Below, in pieces: positions 16,357 to 24,670 of a stretch of 32,000 nucleotides of DNA. The DNA is taken from positions 1,350,001 through 1,382,000 of the forward strand of contig CAWJMG010000001.1 of NCBI GenBank assembly GCA_963843975.1. The letters are read 5' to 3'. How positions within the stretch are numbered: the stretch's first letter is position 1; every line of letters begins with the position of its first letter. The notes beneath the pieces were generated by a model, which was given only the letters and a program-made list of their open reading frames with translations, did not search any database and was not told the origin of the DNA. Both the position numbers and the translations under genes were made by a program. The DNA is from an uncultured Actinomycetes bacterium (GTDB lineage: Bacteria; Actinomycetota; Actinomycetes; S36-B12; CAIYMF01).

Positions 16357-17421
16357 ATGAGCTTGGAGATGCTCCAGAACGTCTGGATCGCGCTCATCGC
16401 GGTCCTGTGGATCGGCTACTTCGTCCTCGAGGGCTTCGACTTCGGTGTGGGCGTCCTGCTCCCCGTCGTGGCGAAGAACGAGGCGGAGCGCCGTACCGTC
16501 CTCACCACGCTCGGCCCGGTGTGGGACGGCAACGAGGTGTGGCTGCTCACCGCGGGCGGTGCGACCTTCGCCGCCTTCCCGGAGTGGTACGCCACCCTCT
16601 TCAGCGGGTTCTACCTCGCGCTGCTGCTCATCCTGCTCGCGCTCATCGTCCGCGGTGTCGCGTTCGAGTTCCGCAGCAAGAAGAGCAGCCCCACCTGGCG
16701 CAAGCGCTGGGACATCGCGATCACCGTGTCGTCGTTCCTGCCCGCGCTCCTGTGGGGTGTCGCGTTCGCGAACATCGTCGCGGGCGTCCCGATGGAGCTG
16801 AACCCCGCCGGCGGCAGCCTGTTCACCGGCAACCTGTTCACGCTGCTCAACCCGTACGGCCTGCTCGGCGGTCTCGTGACGCTCACGCTCTTCGTGACGC
16901 ACGGCGCGATCTTCCTGGCGCTCAAGACCGACGGCGAGATCCGTGTGCGCGCCAACAAGATCGCCGGACAGGTCGGCCTCGTGGCCGCCGTGCTCGCGGT
17001 GCTGTTCGGCGTGTGGACGCAGCTGGCCCACAGCAACAACACGATCGTCTCGGTGGTCTTCCTGGCCGTCGCGGTGCTCTCGTGGGTCGGCGCCCTGGCC
17101 GCCAACCGTCTCGGTCGTGAGGGCTGGGCGTTCATCGGCTCGGCCATCACGATGGCCGGCGTCGTGGCGTTCCTCTTCGCCTGCCTCTTCCCGAACGTGA
17201 TGCCCAGCAGCACGGTCGCCGAGGCGACGCTGACGATCCGCAACGCGTCCAGCACGGAGTACACGCTCACCGTCATGACCTGGGTGGCCGTGATCCTCAC
17301 GCCCGTCGTGCTCGTCTACCAGTCGTGGACCTACTGGGTGTTCCGTCGTCGGCTCTCGCCCAGCCAGATCCCGAACCCGGAGCACGGGGCGCTCGACCTC
17401 CCGCACGAGGTCAACGCATAA
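16357..17421 (+). CDS. cydB: Cytochrome bd oxidase subunit II
   Basis: YFVLEGFDFGVGVLLP...LGPVWDGNEVWLLTAGGATFAAFPEWYATLFSGFYL are canonical CydB motifs. It lies 18 nt after cydA. Confidence 0.95.
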   Translation: MSLEMLQNVWIALIAVLWIGYFVLEGFDFGVGVLLPVVAKNEAERRTVLTTLGPVWDGNEVWLLTAGGATFAAFPEWYATLFSGFYLALLLILLALIVRGVAFEFRSKKSSPTWRKRWDIAITVSSFLPALLWGVAFANIVAGVPMELNPAGGSLFTGNLFTLLNPYGLLGGLVTLTLFVTHGAIFLALKTDGEIRVRANKIAGQVGLVAAVLAVLFGVWTQLAHSNNTIVSVVFLAVAVLSWVGALAANRLGREGWAFIGSAITMAGVVAFLFACLFPNVMPSSTVAEATLTIRNASSTEYTLTVMTWVAVILTPVVLVYQSWTYWVFRRRLSPSQIPNPEHGALDLPHEVNA

Positions 17422-17424
17422 CCT

Positions 17425-19122
17425 GTGTGGGTGTCCCGACCACTCGATCCGAGGCTGCTGCGCTACGCACGCGGAGTCCGCAGCCTGCTCCTCGGATCGG
17501 TGGTCGTGGCAGGCCTCACCGCCGCTCTCGTCGTAGCCCAGGCGTTCTGCCTGGGCTACGTCGTGTCCGAGGTCTTCCTCGGTGAGGCGACGCTCGACGA
17601 GGTGATGCCGGTCGTCTGGCTGCTGGCCGGAATCGTGGTCGGCCGCGCCGTCCTCGGCGGCATCAACGACGTGCTCGCCCAGCGCTCGGCCACCCGAACC
17701 TCGCGCGAGCTGCGGGCGGCGATGCTCGACCACGTCGTGAAGCTCGGGCCGATCTGGATCTCGGGCGAGCGCCGGGGCCAGGTCGCAACGCTCGCGACCC
17801 GCGGCATCGACTCGGTCGAGCCGTACGTGTCGCGCTACCTGCCCCAGCTCGTCATCGCGGTCGTCGTACCGCTGACGGTCGGCATCGCGATCCTCACGCA
17901 GGACCTGCTGTCGGCGGTGATCGTCGCCGTGACCGCGCCACTGATCCCCGTCTTCATGATCCTGATCGGCCTCTACACGCAGACCGCGACGGCCAAGCAG
18001 TGGTCGACCCTCGGCGTCCTGTCCGGGCACTTCCTCGACGTCGTGGCCGGACTGCCGACCCTCAAGGCGTTCGGGCGCGAGACCGCGCAGTCCCAGCGGA
18101 TGGCCGAGATCGACCGCCGCTACCGCAAGGCCACGGTCGGCGTCCTCAAGATCTCGTTCCTGTCGTCCTTCGCCCTCGAGCTGCTCGCCACGCTGTCGGT
18201 CGCCGTGGTCGCCGTGGCCATCGGCCTGCGGCTCGTGAACGGCGAGCTGACGCTGCAGACCGGTCTCACCGTGCTGATCCTCGCCCCTGAGGTCTACCTC
18301 CCGATCCGCATGGTGGGCGCGCAGTTCCACGCGGCCGCCGACGGCATCGACGCCGCCGAGCAGGTCTTCGAGATCCTCGCGACCGAACCCGCGACGACGG
18401 GCACCCGGGTCGACGTGCCCGGTGGCGCGATCGTGGTGGACGGCGTCGGCGTCACCTACCCGGGGAGCGACGTCGTGTCGCTCGTGCCGACGTCGGTGGT
18501 GATCGAGCCCGGTCGCGTGACGGCCGTGGTCGGCCCGTCCGGTGCGGGCAAGTCGACGCTGCTGGCGGTGCTGCAGGCGTTCGTCGCACCGACCGAGGGC
18601 GCCGTGCGCGTCGGCGGTGCTGTGTCGTCGACCCCCGAGGTCGGTCACGCGCCCGCCGACGGTGTGCTGCTGTCCGACCTCGACGCCGGTGCGTGGCGCG
18701 CACGGCTCGGCGTCGTGGCGCAGGATCCGGTGCTCGTCGGCCCGACCGTGGCGGACGACGTACGCCTGCGCCGGCCGCACGCCTCCGACGCCGATGTCGA
18801 CGCCGCGCTGCGCGAGGCGGGGCTCGACCCGGCCACGCTGCCGGACGGCGCTGCCACGCGCGTCGGCGACCTCGCCTCGGACGTCTCCGCCGGCCAGCGC
18901 CGCCGTGTGGCGCTGGCCCGCGTGCTCCTCGACCCGCCGCCGCTCGTGCTGCTCGACGAGCCGACCGCCGGTCTCGACGACGACGCCGAGGCCGACGTGG
19001 TCGCCGCCGTACGCCGCCTGGCTGCGCGCGGGTCGGCCGTGGTCGTCGTCGCGCACCGGCCCGGACTGGTCGAGCCCGGCGACACCGTCGTATCCCTCGA
19101 GCCCGCAAGCGTCCCGTCATGA
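17425..19122 (+). CDS. cydD: Thiol reductant ABC exporter subunit CydD
   Basis: GTG 17425 lies 3 nt after the cydB stop. The N-terminal 6-TM ABC domain is followed by Walker A GPSGAGKST, signature SAGQRRRVALAR and Walker B LVLLDEPTAGLD. Confidence 0.9.
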   Translation: MWVSRPLDPRLLRYARGVRSLLLGSVVVAGLTAALVVAQAFCLGYVVSEVFLGEATLDEVMPVVWLLAGIVVGRAVLGGINDVLAQRSATRTSRELRAAMLDHVVKLGPIWISGERRGQVATLATRGIDSVEPYVSRYLPQLVIAVVVPLTVGIAILTQDLLSAVIVAVTAPLIPVFMILIGLYTQTATAKQWSTLGVLSGHFLDVVAGLPTLKAFGRETAQSQRMAEIDRRYRKATVGVLKISFLSSFALELLATLSVAVVAVAIGLRLVNGELTLQTGLTVLILAPEVYLPIRMVGAQFHAAADGIDAAEQVFEILATEPATTGTRVDVPGGAIVVDGVGVTYPGSDVVSLVPTSVVIEPGRVTAVVGPSGAGKSTLLAVLQAFVAPTEGAVRVGGAVSSTPEVGHAPADGVLLSDLDAGAWRARLGVVAQDPVLVGPTVADDVRLRRPHASDADVDAALREAGLDPATLPDGAATRVGDLASDVSAGQRRRVALARVLLDPPPLVLLDEPTAGLDDDAEADVVAAVRRLAARGSAVVVVAHRPGLVEPGDTVVSLEPASVPS

Positions 19123-19136
19123 GGGATTCTTCGAGC

Positions 19137-19188
19137 TACTGCCCAGAGTGGGGTTTTGTGGCCATCCATAACCCCACTGTGGGCAGTA
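19137..19188. repeat. Inverted-repeat element in the cydD-cydC spacer
   Basis: 19-nt arms TACTGCCCAGAGTGGGGTT (19137-19155) / AACCCCACTGTGGGCAGTA (19170-19188), 18/19 complementary, with a 14-nt loop. It sits in a lower-GC spacer of about 90 nt. Confidence 0.7.
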
Positions 19189-19213
19189 ACTCGCGTCCTT
19201 GGGTTGGTGCGGC

Positions 19214-20911
19214 GTGAGTGCTGTGACGACGTCGGTGGCGTCGGGCTCCGGGCGCTCGCCGGTGCGGCGGCTGCTGCCGTGGCTCGGCACCGAGCGGTCG
19301 CGGCTCGCGCTCGCCGTCTTCCTTGGCTTCCTCGCGATCGGCTGCGGCGTCGGCCTGCTCGCCTCGAGCGCATGGCTCATCTCGAGCGCGGCGCTGCGGC
19401 CGCCGATCCTCACCCTCGAGGTCGCGATCGTGGCGGTGCGCGCGTTCGGCATCGGGCGCGGCGCGTTCCGATACGCCGAGCGGATGGTGTCGCATGACGC
19501 CGCGTTCCGCGTGCTGTCGCGGCTGCGCCTCGCGGTGTACGACCGGCTCGCCGTCGTGGCGCCCGCGGGCGTGCCGGCGTACCGCCGCGGCGACCTGCTC
19601 GAGCGGCTCGTGCGCGACGTCGACGCCACGCAGGACCTGCCGCTGCGCGTGCTGCTGCCCTACGCGTCCGGCGCGCTCGTCGCACTGGCATCGGTGGTGC
19701 TCGCGTTCTTCATCCTGCCGGTCGCAGGTCTCGTGCTGGCTGTCTCGCTGCTGCTCGCCTCGACCGTCGTGCCCTTCATCGCGGCGCGTGCAGCTGCGGA
19801 CGCCGACCGCGCGAGCGCGCCCGCGCGTGGCCAGCTGAACGCCGACGTGCTCACGCTGCTGGACGGCGTCGCCGACCTCACGGTGTCGGGTGCCGCTCCC
19901 GCATGGCTCGACCGGCTGGCCGAGGACGACCGCCGCATCGGTCGCCTCGCCGCGCGCTCGGCCAACGCGTCCGGTCTTGCGTCGGCGCTCGGCGTGCTGC
20001 TCTCGGGCGGCGCGGTCGTGGCGATGCTGATCGTCGCGATCCCCGCCGTACGCACCGGCGAGCTGGTCGGCGTGAACCTCGCCGTGCTCGCGCTGCTGCC
20101 GCTGGCGACGTACGAGGCCGTGGTCGCCATGCCGACGGCCGCGCTCGCGCTCGGGCGGGTGCGCGGCTCGGCGCAGCGCGTGGTCGAGGTGCTCGACGCC
20201 GTCGACCCCGTGCCCGACCCGGTATCACCCGCTGCGGCTCCCACGGGTGTGGTCGGCGTTCGGATCGACGACCTGCACGCTGGATGGCCGAGCGGCCCGG
20301 AGGTGCTCGAGGGTCTGTCGCTCGAGGTCGCACCCGGGGAGCGCGTGGCGATCGTCGGTGCCTCCGGCTCGGGCAAGTCGACGCTGCTTGCCGTGCTCGC
20401 AGGATTCCTGCCGTACGCCGGATCGGTGCAGCTGACCGGCGGCGACGCGGTCGCGGCTGCCGACGGCGTGGAGCTGCGCGACCTGCGGGGGTCGGACGTG
20501 CGGTCGATCGTCGGCTGGTGCCCGCAGCTGCCGCACGTGTTCGACACCTCGGTCGTGGAGAACGTGCGCCTCGCCAAGCCCGATGCGTCCGACGACGAGG
20601 TGCGTGCGGCGCTCGACGCCGTCGGCCTCGGGCCATGGCTCGACGCGCAGCCCCGCGGCATCGACACCCCGGTCGGCGACCACGGTGCTCTCGTCTCGGC
20701 CGGTCAGCGCCAGCGCCTCGGAGTCGCGCGCGTGCTGCTGGCGGGGCACCCCGTCGTACTCCTCGACGAGCCGACCGAGCACCTCGACGAGGCGACCGCG
20801 GAGGTCGTCGCCGCCGAGCTCCTGCGCGCGCTGTCGGGCCGCACGGTCCTCTGGGTCGCCCACCGCCCCCACGGCCTCGCCGCCCTCGACCGCACCGTCA
20901 CCCTGACCTGA
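19214..20911 (+). CDS. cydC: Thiol reductant ABC exporter subunit CydC
   Basis: The TM domain (LLASSAWLISSAALRPPILTLEVAIVAVRAFGIGRGAFRYAERMVSHD) is typical of CydC. It has Walker A GASGSGKST, signature SAGQRQRLGVAR and Walker B VVLLDEPTEHLD. Start candidates are TTG 19199, GTG 19214 and GTG 19223. Confidence 0.9.
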   Translation: MSAVTTSVASGSGRSPVRRLLPWLGTERSRLALAVFLGFLAIGCGVGLLASSAWLISSAALRPPILTLEVAIVAVRAFGIGRGAFRYAERMVSHDAAFRVLSRLRLAVYDRLAVVAPAGVPAYRRGDLLERLVRDVDATQDLPLRVLLPYASGALVALASVVLAFFILPVAGLVLAVSLLLASTVVPFIAARAAADADRASAPARGQLNADVLTLLDGVADLTVSGAAPAWLDRLAEDDRRIGRLAARSANASGLASALGVLLSGGAVVAMLIVAIPAVRTGELVGVNLAVLALLPLATYEAVVAMPTAALALGRVRGSAQRVVEVLDAVDPVPDPVSPAAAPTGVVGVRIDDLHAGWPSGPEVLEGLSLEVAPGERVAIVGASGSGKSTLLAVLAGFLPYAGSVQLTGGDAVAAADGVELRDLRGSDVRSIVGWCPQLPHVFDTSVVENVRLAKPDASDDEVRAALDAVGLGPWLDAQPRGIDTPVGDHGALVSAGQRQRLGVARVLLAGHPVVLLDEPTEHLDEATAEVVAAELLRALSGRTVLWVAHRPHGLAALDRTVTLT

Positions 20912-20924
20912 CGGGATCTTTGTT

Positions 20925-21038
20925 CCCCTTAGGGTCACAAAGCGCCCGTCAAGGGCACGTCGTGACCCTAAGGGGCAGAAACGCGCAGTCGAACTGCGTG
21001 TTTCTTCCCTAAGGGCAGCAACCTGCAGTTGAACTGCG
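20925..21038. repeat. Composite repeat region: three CCCT(A/T)(A/T)GGG palindromes at ~40-bp spacing plus two ~33-bp direct repeats
   Basis: CCCTTAGGG is at 20926-20934; CCCTAAGGG is at 20966-20974 and 21007-21015. The 14-bp inverted repeat CCCCTTAGGGTCAC (20925-20938) / GTGACCCTAAGGGG (20962-20975) is perfect. The direct repeats at 20966-20998 and 21007-21038 share 28 of 33 positions, and each ends in the palindrome GCAGTnGAACTGC. Confidence 0.6.
20977..21006 (+). terminator. Intrinsic terminator after cydC
   Basis: Stem AGAAACGCGCAGT (20977-20989) / ACTGCGTGTTTCT (20993-21005) has one G-U pair and a 3-nt loop. The T-rich 3' side (TTTCTT) with an A-rich 5' side is a layout compatible with bidirectional termination. 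Confidence 0.6.
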
Positions 21039-21079
21039 CGGGGGTTGCCCGGAGGCGTGATCTTGAGCGGCGCTTCGTG

Positions 21080-21106
21080 GCAACCATCGGCGGCTCCCAT
21101 CGCGTG
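21080..21106 (+). promoter_or_regulatory. Candidate autoregulated ECF-type promoter of the sigma gene
   Basis: GCAAC (21080-21084) - N16 - CGCGTG (21101-21106) lies about 50 nt upstream of ATG 21156. The AAC / CGT hallmark of ECF promoters is present. Confidence 0.3.
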
Positions 21107-21155
21107 ATGATGGGTGAGGGCGGCGTACGGCGGCCCACGACGAGATGGGGACGAC

Positions 21156-21668
21156 ATGGCGGACCGGCCGGACTTCGCGGAGTTCGTCTCCGTGCGGTCC
21201 CCCGCGCTGCTGCGTACGGCGTACCTGCTCACCGGCGACTGGGCGCTCGGCGAGGACCTGCTGCAGACCGCGCTCGCCTCGACCTGGCGCCGCTGGGGCC
21301 GCCTCGCCGGCGAGCCCGAGCCGTACGTACGGCGCACGATGCTCAACACGTACCTCTCGTGGCGGCGCCGCCGGTGGACCGGCGAGGTGCCGACCGGCGA
21401 GCTCCCCGACCGTCCGCTCGCGGACGGCACATCGGCCGCCGACGAGCGAGACCTCGTCTGGACGGCGCTGCAGCGGCTCCCGCGACGTCAACGTGCGGTC
21501 GTCGTCCTGCGCTACTACGAGGACCTCACCGAGGTCGAGACCGCGAACCTGCTCGGCGTCACCGTCGGCACCGTGAAGAGCCAGGCGAGCAAGGCCCTCG
21601 CCACCCTGCGCGTCGACTCGACGCTCGCATCCCCCGCAGCACAGACCACGATGGACGAGGTGCGTTGA
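21156..21668 (+). CDS. ECF-type RNA polymerase sigma factor (SigE-family, actinobacterial clade)
   Basis: The region 2-like stretch is FAEFVSVRSPALLRTAYLLTGDWALGEDLLQTAL...YVRRTMLNTYLSWRRRRW. Region 4 is LPRRQRAVVVLRYYEDLTEVETANLLGVTVGTVKSQASKAL. Confidence 0.9.
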   Translation: MADRPDFAEFVSVRSPALLRTAYLLTGDWALGEDLLQTALASTWRRWGRLAGEPEPYVRRTMLNTYLSWRRRRWTGEVPTGELPDRPLADGTSAADERDLVWTALQRLPRRQRAVVVLRYYEDLTEVETANLLGVTVGTVKSQASKALATLRVDSTLASPAAQTTMDEVR

Positions 21669-21669
21669 C

Positions 21670-22860
21670 ATGCCGCTCACCGAGAACGAGCTCCGCGACC
21701 TGCTGCACCAGCGCAGCGCCGCCGCACCCGCCACCCCCGACCGGGTCGGTGCCGTCCGCACCCGCGTGGCCAAGCAGCGCCGCCGCGAGCTGGCCGCAGT
21801 ATCCGGCGCACTCGCCCTGGTGGTCGCCGCCGGTGCCTTCTGGGTGCTGCCGCGCAACTCCGCGACGCCGACGCCGCCCGCCTCGCCGAGCCCGACCACG
21901 TCCGCCACGGACGGGACGACGACCACGAAGGCCGAGCTCGACGGCCTGAAGTTCATGATCACCGGCCCGGCGACCATCGAGGGGACTGCGCCCTTCGACG
22001 TGACCCTCGTCGTCGTCAACGGGACCGACTCGCGGTGGAAGGGCTCGCTGGCCGCCGGACTCGCCTCGGATGCAGAGGTGCCCGGCATGTTCGAGGGCGG
22101 GATCGTCACGGCGGCGGCTCCGGTCGACGGCCTGCCCACCGACCTCGGCGTGACGCTCCCCGATCCGGGCCGCCAGTACGCCGGCATCATGCCGGCGGAG
22201 TCGGTCGACCTCGCCGCGGGCGAGACGAGGACCTGGACGATGTCCGTGCGTCGCGAGCCCGGCTCGCCCGCTCTCGGCCGCGTCACCGGCTGGCTGCCGT
22301 TCGCGCAGCAGGAAGGCTCGAGGACCGACTCGACCGTCGCGACCGAGGCGGGCACGACGATCGCGGTGAGTCCGACAGGCACCAACCGGTCCTGCGCCAC
22401 GGTGCAGATCGGCACGTGGGACCGCGGCGAGGTGAAGCCATGGACCGTCGACCTCGCCTACACCGCAGTGGTGGGTGCCGACGGCAAGGCCACGTGGGAG
22501 GAGATCGCGGGCCTCGGCGACCAGGGCACGTACGTCGACTCGACGCAGACCGGCAAGGTCCGGAGCTCCACGGTCATGAGGGCGCTCGGCGACCTGGGTG
22601 CTGCCGAGGCGAGCGGCTTCGGCGCCGAGCTGCCCGACCGCCCGGCCACGCTCGACCCGGGTCGGTACGTCGCCTACAGCGGCACGCAGCTCGTGCCCAT
22701 CACGTTCGCCGGATCCTGCGGCCCGAGCGGCGAGCCGATCAGCGGCACCTGGACGGCGTACAACGACCGCACGACGGGACTGCTCGACTGCAACACCCTC
22801 GGCGCGGGCTCGTTGACGATCATCGCCACCGAGGCCAAGGCCTACTGCCCGACGGGCTGA
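21670..22860 (+). CDS. Single-pass membrane protein downstream of the ECF sigma (candidate anti-sigma or partner; function unknown)
   Basis: ATG 21670 lies 1 nt after the sigma stop. A short N-terminal cytoplasmic segment precedes one TM helix (LAAVSGALALVVAAGAFWVL), a Pro/Thr/Ser linker and a ~310-aa extracytoplasmic region with 4 Cys. No HxxxCxxC ZAS motif is present. Confidence 0.6.
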   Translation: MPLTENELRDLLHQRSAAAPATPDRVGAVRTRVAKQRRRELAAVSGALALVVAAGAFWVLPRNSATPTPPASPSPTTSATDGTTTTKAELDGLKFMITGPATIEGTAPFDVTLVVVNGTDSRWKGSLAAGLASDAEVPGMFEGGIVTAAAPVDGLPTDLGVTLPDPGRQYAGIMPAESVDLAAGETRTWTMSVRREPGSPALGRVTGWLPFAQQEGSRTDSTVATEAGTTIAVSPTGTNRSCATVQIGTWDRGEVKPWTVDLAYTAVVGADGKATWEEIAGLGDQGTYVDSTQTGKVRSSTVMRALGDLGAAEASGFGAELPDRPATLDPGRYVAYSGTQLVPITFAGSCGPSGEPISGTWTAYNDRTTGLLDCNTLGAGSLTIIATEAKAYCPTG

Positions 22861-22874
22861 CCCGCCCGCTCGCC

Positions 22875-22921
22875 CTGATCAATCCGTCGTTTCCGCATCC
22901 GGGAAGCGACGGATTGATCAG
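22875..22921 (+). repeat. REP-like hairpin, copy A (stop-codon-proximal)
   Basis: Arms CTGATCAATCCGTCGTTTCC (22875-22894) / GGAAGCGACGGATTGATCAG (22902-22921): 20 bp with one G-U pair and a 7-nt loop. It starts 15 nt after the stop at 22860. A near-identical 3' arm recurs at 31715-31735. Confidence 0.7.
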
Positions 22922-22982
22922 TGTCAGCGCGGGGCCCGAGGTGCGGCGTACGGCGGGAGCCGCGACCATCGTTCTCGTGAGG

Positions 22983-24452
22983 ATGCTGTTCGCCGACCAG
23001 CTCGGCCCGCACTTCACCGCCGATCTCGCACCGGACGAGCAGGTGCTGCTCGTCGAGTCACGCGGCGCGTTCGCCCGCCGTCGCGTGCACCGACAGAAGG
23101 CGCACCTGCTCCTCTCGGCGATGCGCCATCGTGCGGCCGAGCTCGGTGAGCGTGCGGTCCACGTGCAGGCGGCGTCGTACGGCGAGGCCCTGCGCAGCTC
23201 CGGCATCGACCCGACCACGGTCTGCGTCGTCGACCCGACGTCGTACGCTGCTCGGCGCTGGGTGCGTGCACACGGCATGGAGGTGCTCCCCGCACGCGGA
23301 TTCACCCTGGGGGAGAACGACTTCCAGGCGTGGCTCGGCACGCGGCGTCCGATCCTCGAGGACTTCTACCGCCACCAGCGCCGCCGGCTCGACCTGCTGG
23401 TGCAGCCTGACGGCGAGCCCGAGAGCGGCCGCTGGAACTTCGACGCCGACAACCGCCTGCCGCCGCCGAAGGGCCAGCGCACGCTCGGCCTGTCGCACGC
23501 GTGGCGGCCGGCCGAGGACGAGATCGACGACGCCGTACGCCGCGACCTCGATGCCTGGCGTGATGACGGCATCACGCTGGTCGGCATCGATGCGCCGCGC
23601 ACGTTCGCGGCGACGCGCGCCGAAGCCCTGGCCGCGCTCCACGACTTCGTCACCCACCGCCTGGCGCAGTTCGGCCCGTACGAGGACGCCGTGATGCACG
23701 ACGACTGGGCGATGGCGCACAGCCTCCTCTCGGTGCCGATGAACCTCGGCCTCCTCGACCCGCTCGAGGTGGTCGACGCCGCGATCACCGCGTACCGCAA
23801 CGGCGACGTGCCGCTGCAGAGCGCCGAGGCGGTCACTCGGCAGATCGTCGGCTGGCGCGAGTGGGCGTGGCAGCTCTACTGGGCGCTGGGTGAGGAGTAC
23901 GCCGACGGCAACGCCCTCGACGCGCGTGCGCCGCTCCCGGACTGGTTCGCCGACCTCGACGCGGACGACGTTCGGGCGGCGTGCCTGCGGTCAGCGCTGG
24001 CCGACGTTCGGGACCGCGGCTGGAGCCACCACATCGTGCGCCTCATGGTGCTGGGCAACTGGGCGCTGCAACGCGGCTACGACCCGCGAGCCACCGCTGC
24101 CTGGTTCCGCGACAGCTTCGTCGACGGCTACGACTGGGTGATGGTCACCAACGTCGTCGGCATGGCCCTGTACGCCGACGGCGGCCGCATGGCCACCAAG
24201 CCGTACGCCGCAGGAGGCGCCTACCTCAACCGCATGACCGACCACTGCAGGGGCTGTGCGTACTCGCCGTCCACCCGGGTGGGCGCGAAGGCCTGCCCGT
24301 TCACGGCCGGCTACTGGGCGTTCCTCGACCGGAACGCCGACGCGCTCCGGCGCAACCATCGCCTCGCCCAGCCGTACGCCGGCCTCGCCCGCCTGGCCGA
24401 CCGCGAGCAGCTCCTCGCCGAGCAGGCCAGGCGCGGAGACGGCCCGCCCTGA
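22983..24452 (+). CDS. Cryptochrome/photolyase family protein of the Fe-S bacterial type (FeS-BCP / (6-4) photolyase PhrB-like, COG3046)
   Basis: The N-terminal LFADQLGPHF is followed by RWNFDADNR, GPYEDAM-like GPYEDAV and WREWAWQLYW. The cysteine pattern is C (AACLRS) ... C-x2-C-x12-C (DHCRGCAYSPSTRVGAKAC), matching the 4 ligands of the [4Fe-4S] cluster in this clade. The start is uncertain; in-frame GTG 22941 and 22977 are alternatives. Confidence 0.85.
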   Translation: MLFADQLGPHFTADLAPDEQVLLVESRGAFARRRVHRQKAHLLLSAMRHRAAELGERAVHVQAASYGEALRSSGIDPTTVCVVDPTSYAARRWVRAHGMEVLPARGFTLGENDFQAWLGTRRPILEDFYRHQRRRLDLLVQPDGEPESGRWNFDADNRLPPPKGQRTLGLSHAWRPAEDEIDDAVRRDLDAWRDDGITLVGIDAPRTFAATRAEALAALHDFVTHRLAQFGPYEDAVMHDDWAMAHSLLSVPMNLGLLDPLEVVDAAITAYRNGDVPLQSAEAVTRQIVGWREWAWQLYWALGEEYADGNALDARAPLPDWFADLDADDVRAACLRSALADVRDRGWSHHIVRLMVLGNWALQRGYDPRATAAWFRDSFVDGYDWVMVTNVVGMALYADGGRMATKPYAAGGAYLNRMTDHCRGCAYSPSTRVGAKACPFTAGYWAFLDRNADALRRNHRLAQPYAGLARLADREQLLAEQARRGDGPP

Positions 24453-24670
24453 CCCGACCCGGACGCGGATCGACCGCAGCGTCGGTAGGGGGAAGCGTTT
24501 GCACGCCGGGCGCCGCCACTGCGGTGACGCGGGTGAGCGTTCACAGTGGCACCAGCACCGGCTCGGAGATGCCAGGATGCGGGGGACAACGCGCGACGGT
24601 GCGCGGTCACGGCGGCGATCCCGCACGGACCATGCCCGGAGCCACGACGGCAACCGCAGGAGGTCCACCC

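Noticed and set aside
14938-19056. 1372-aa ORF on the minus strand
   Set aside because: It is exactly antisense to cydA, cydB and cydD, which have unmistakable protein signatures. Its translation is low-complexity R/D/E/G/H-rich. Long stop-free antisense frames are expected at this GC content.
24515-24550. Imperfect hairpin (GCCACTG...CAGTGGC) in the 218-nt leader region upstream of the 2-oxoacid dehydrogenase operon
   Set aside because: The stem is short and bulged, there is no recognizable riboswitch or attenuator features, and it is too weak to call.
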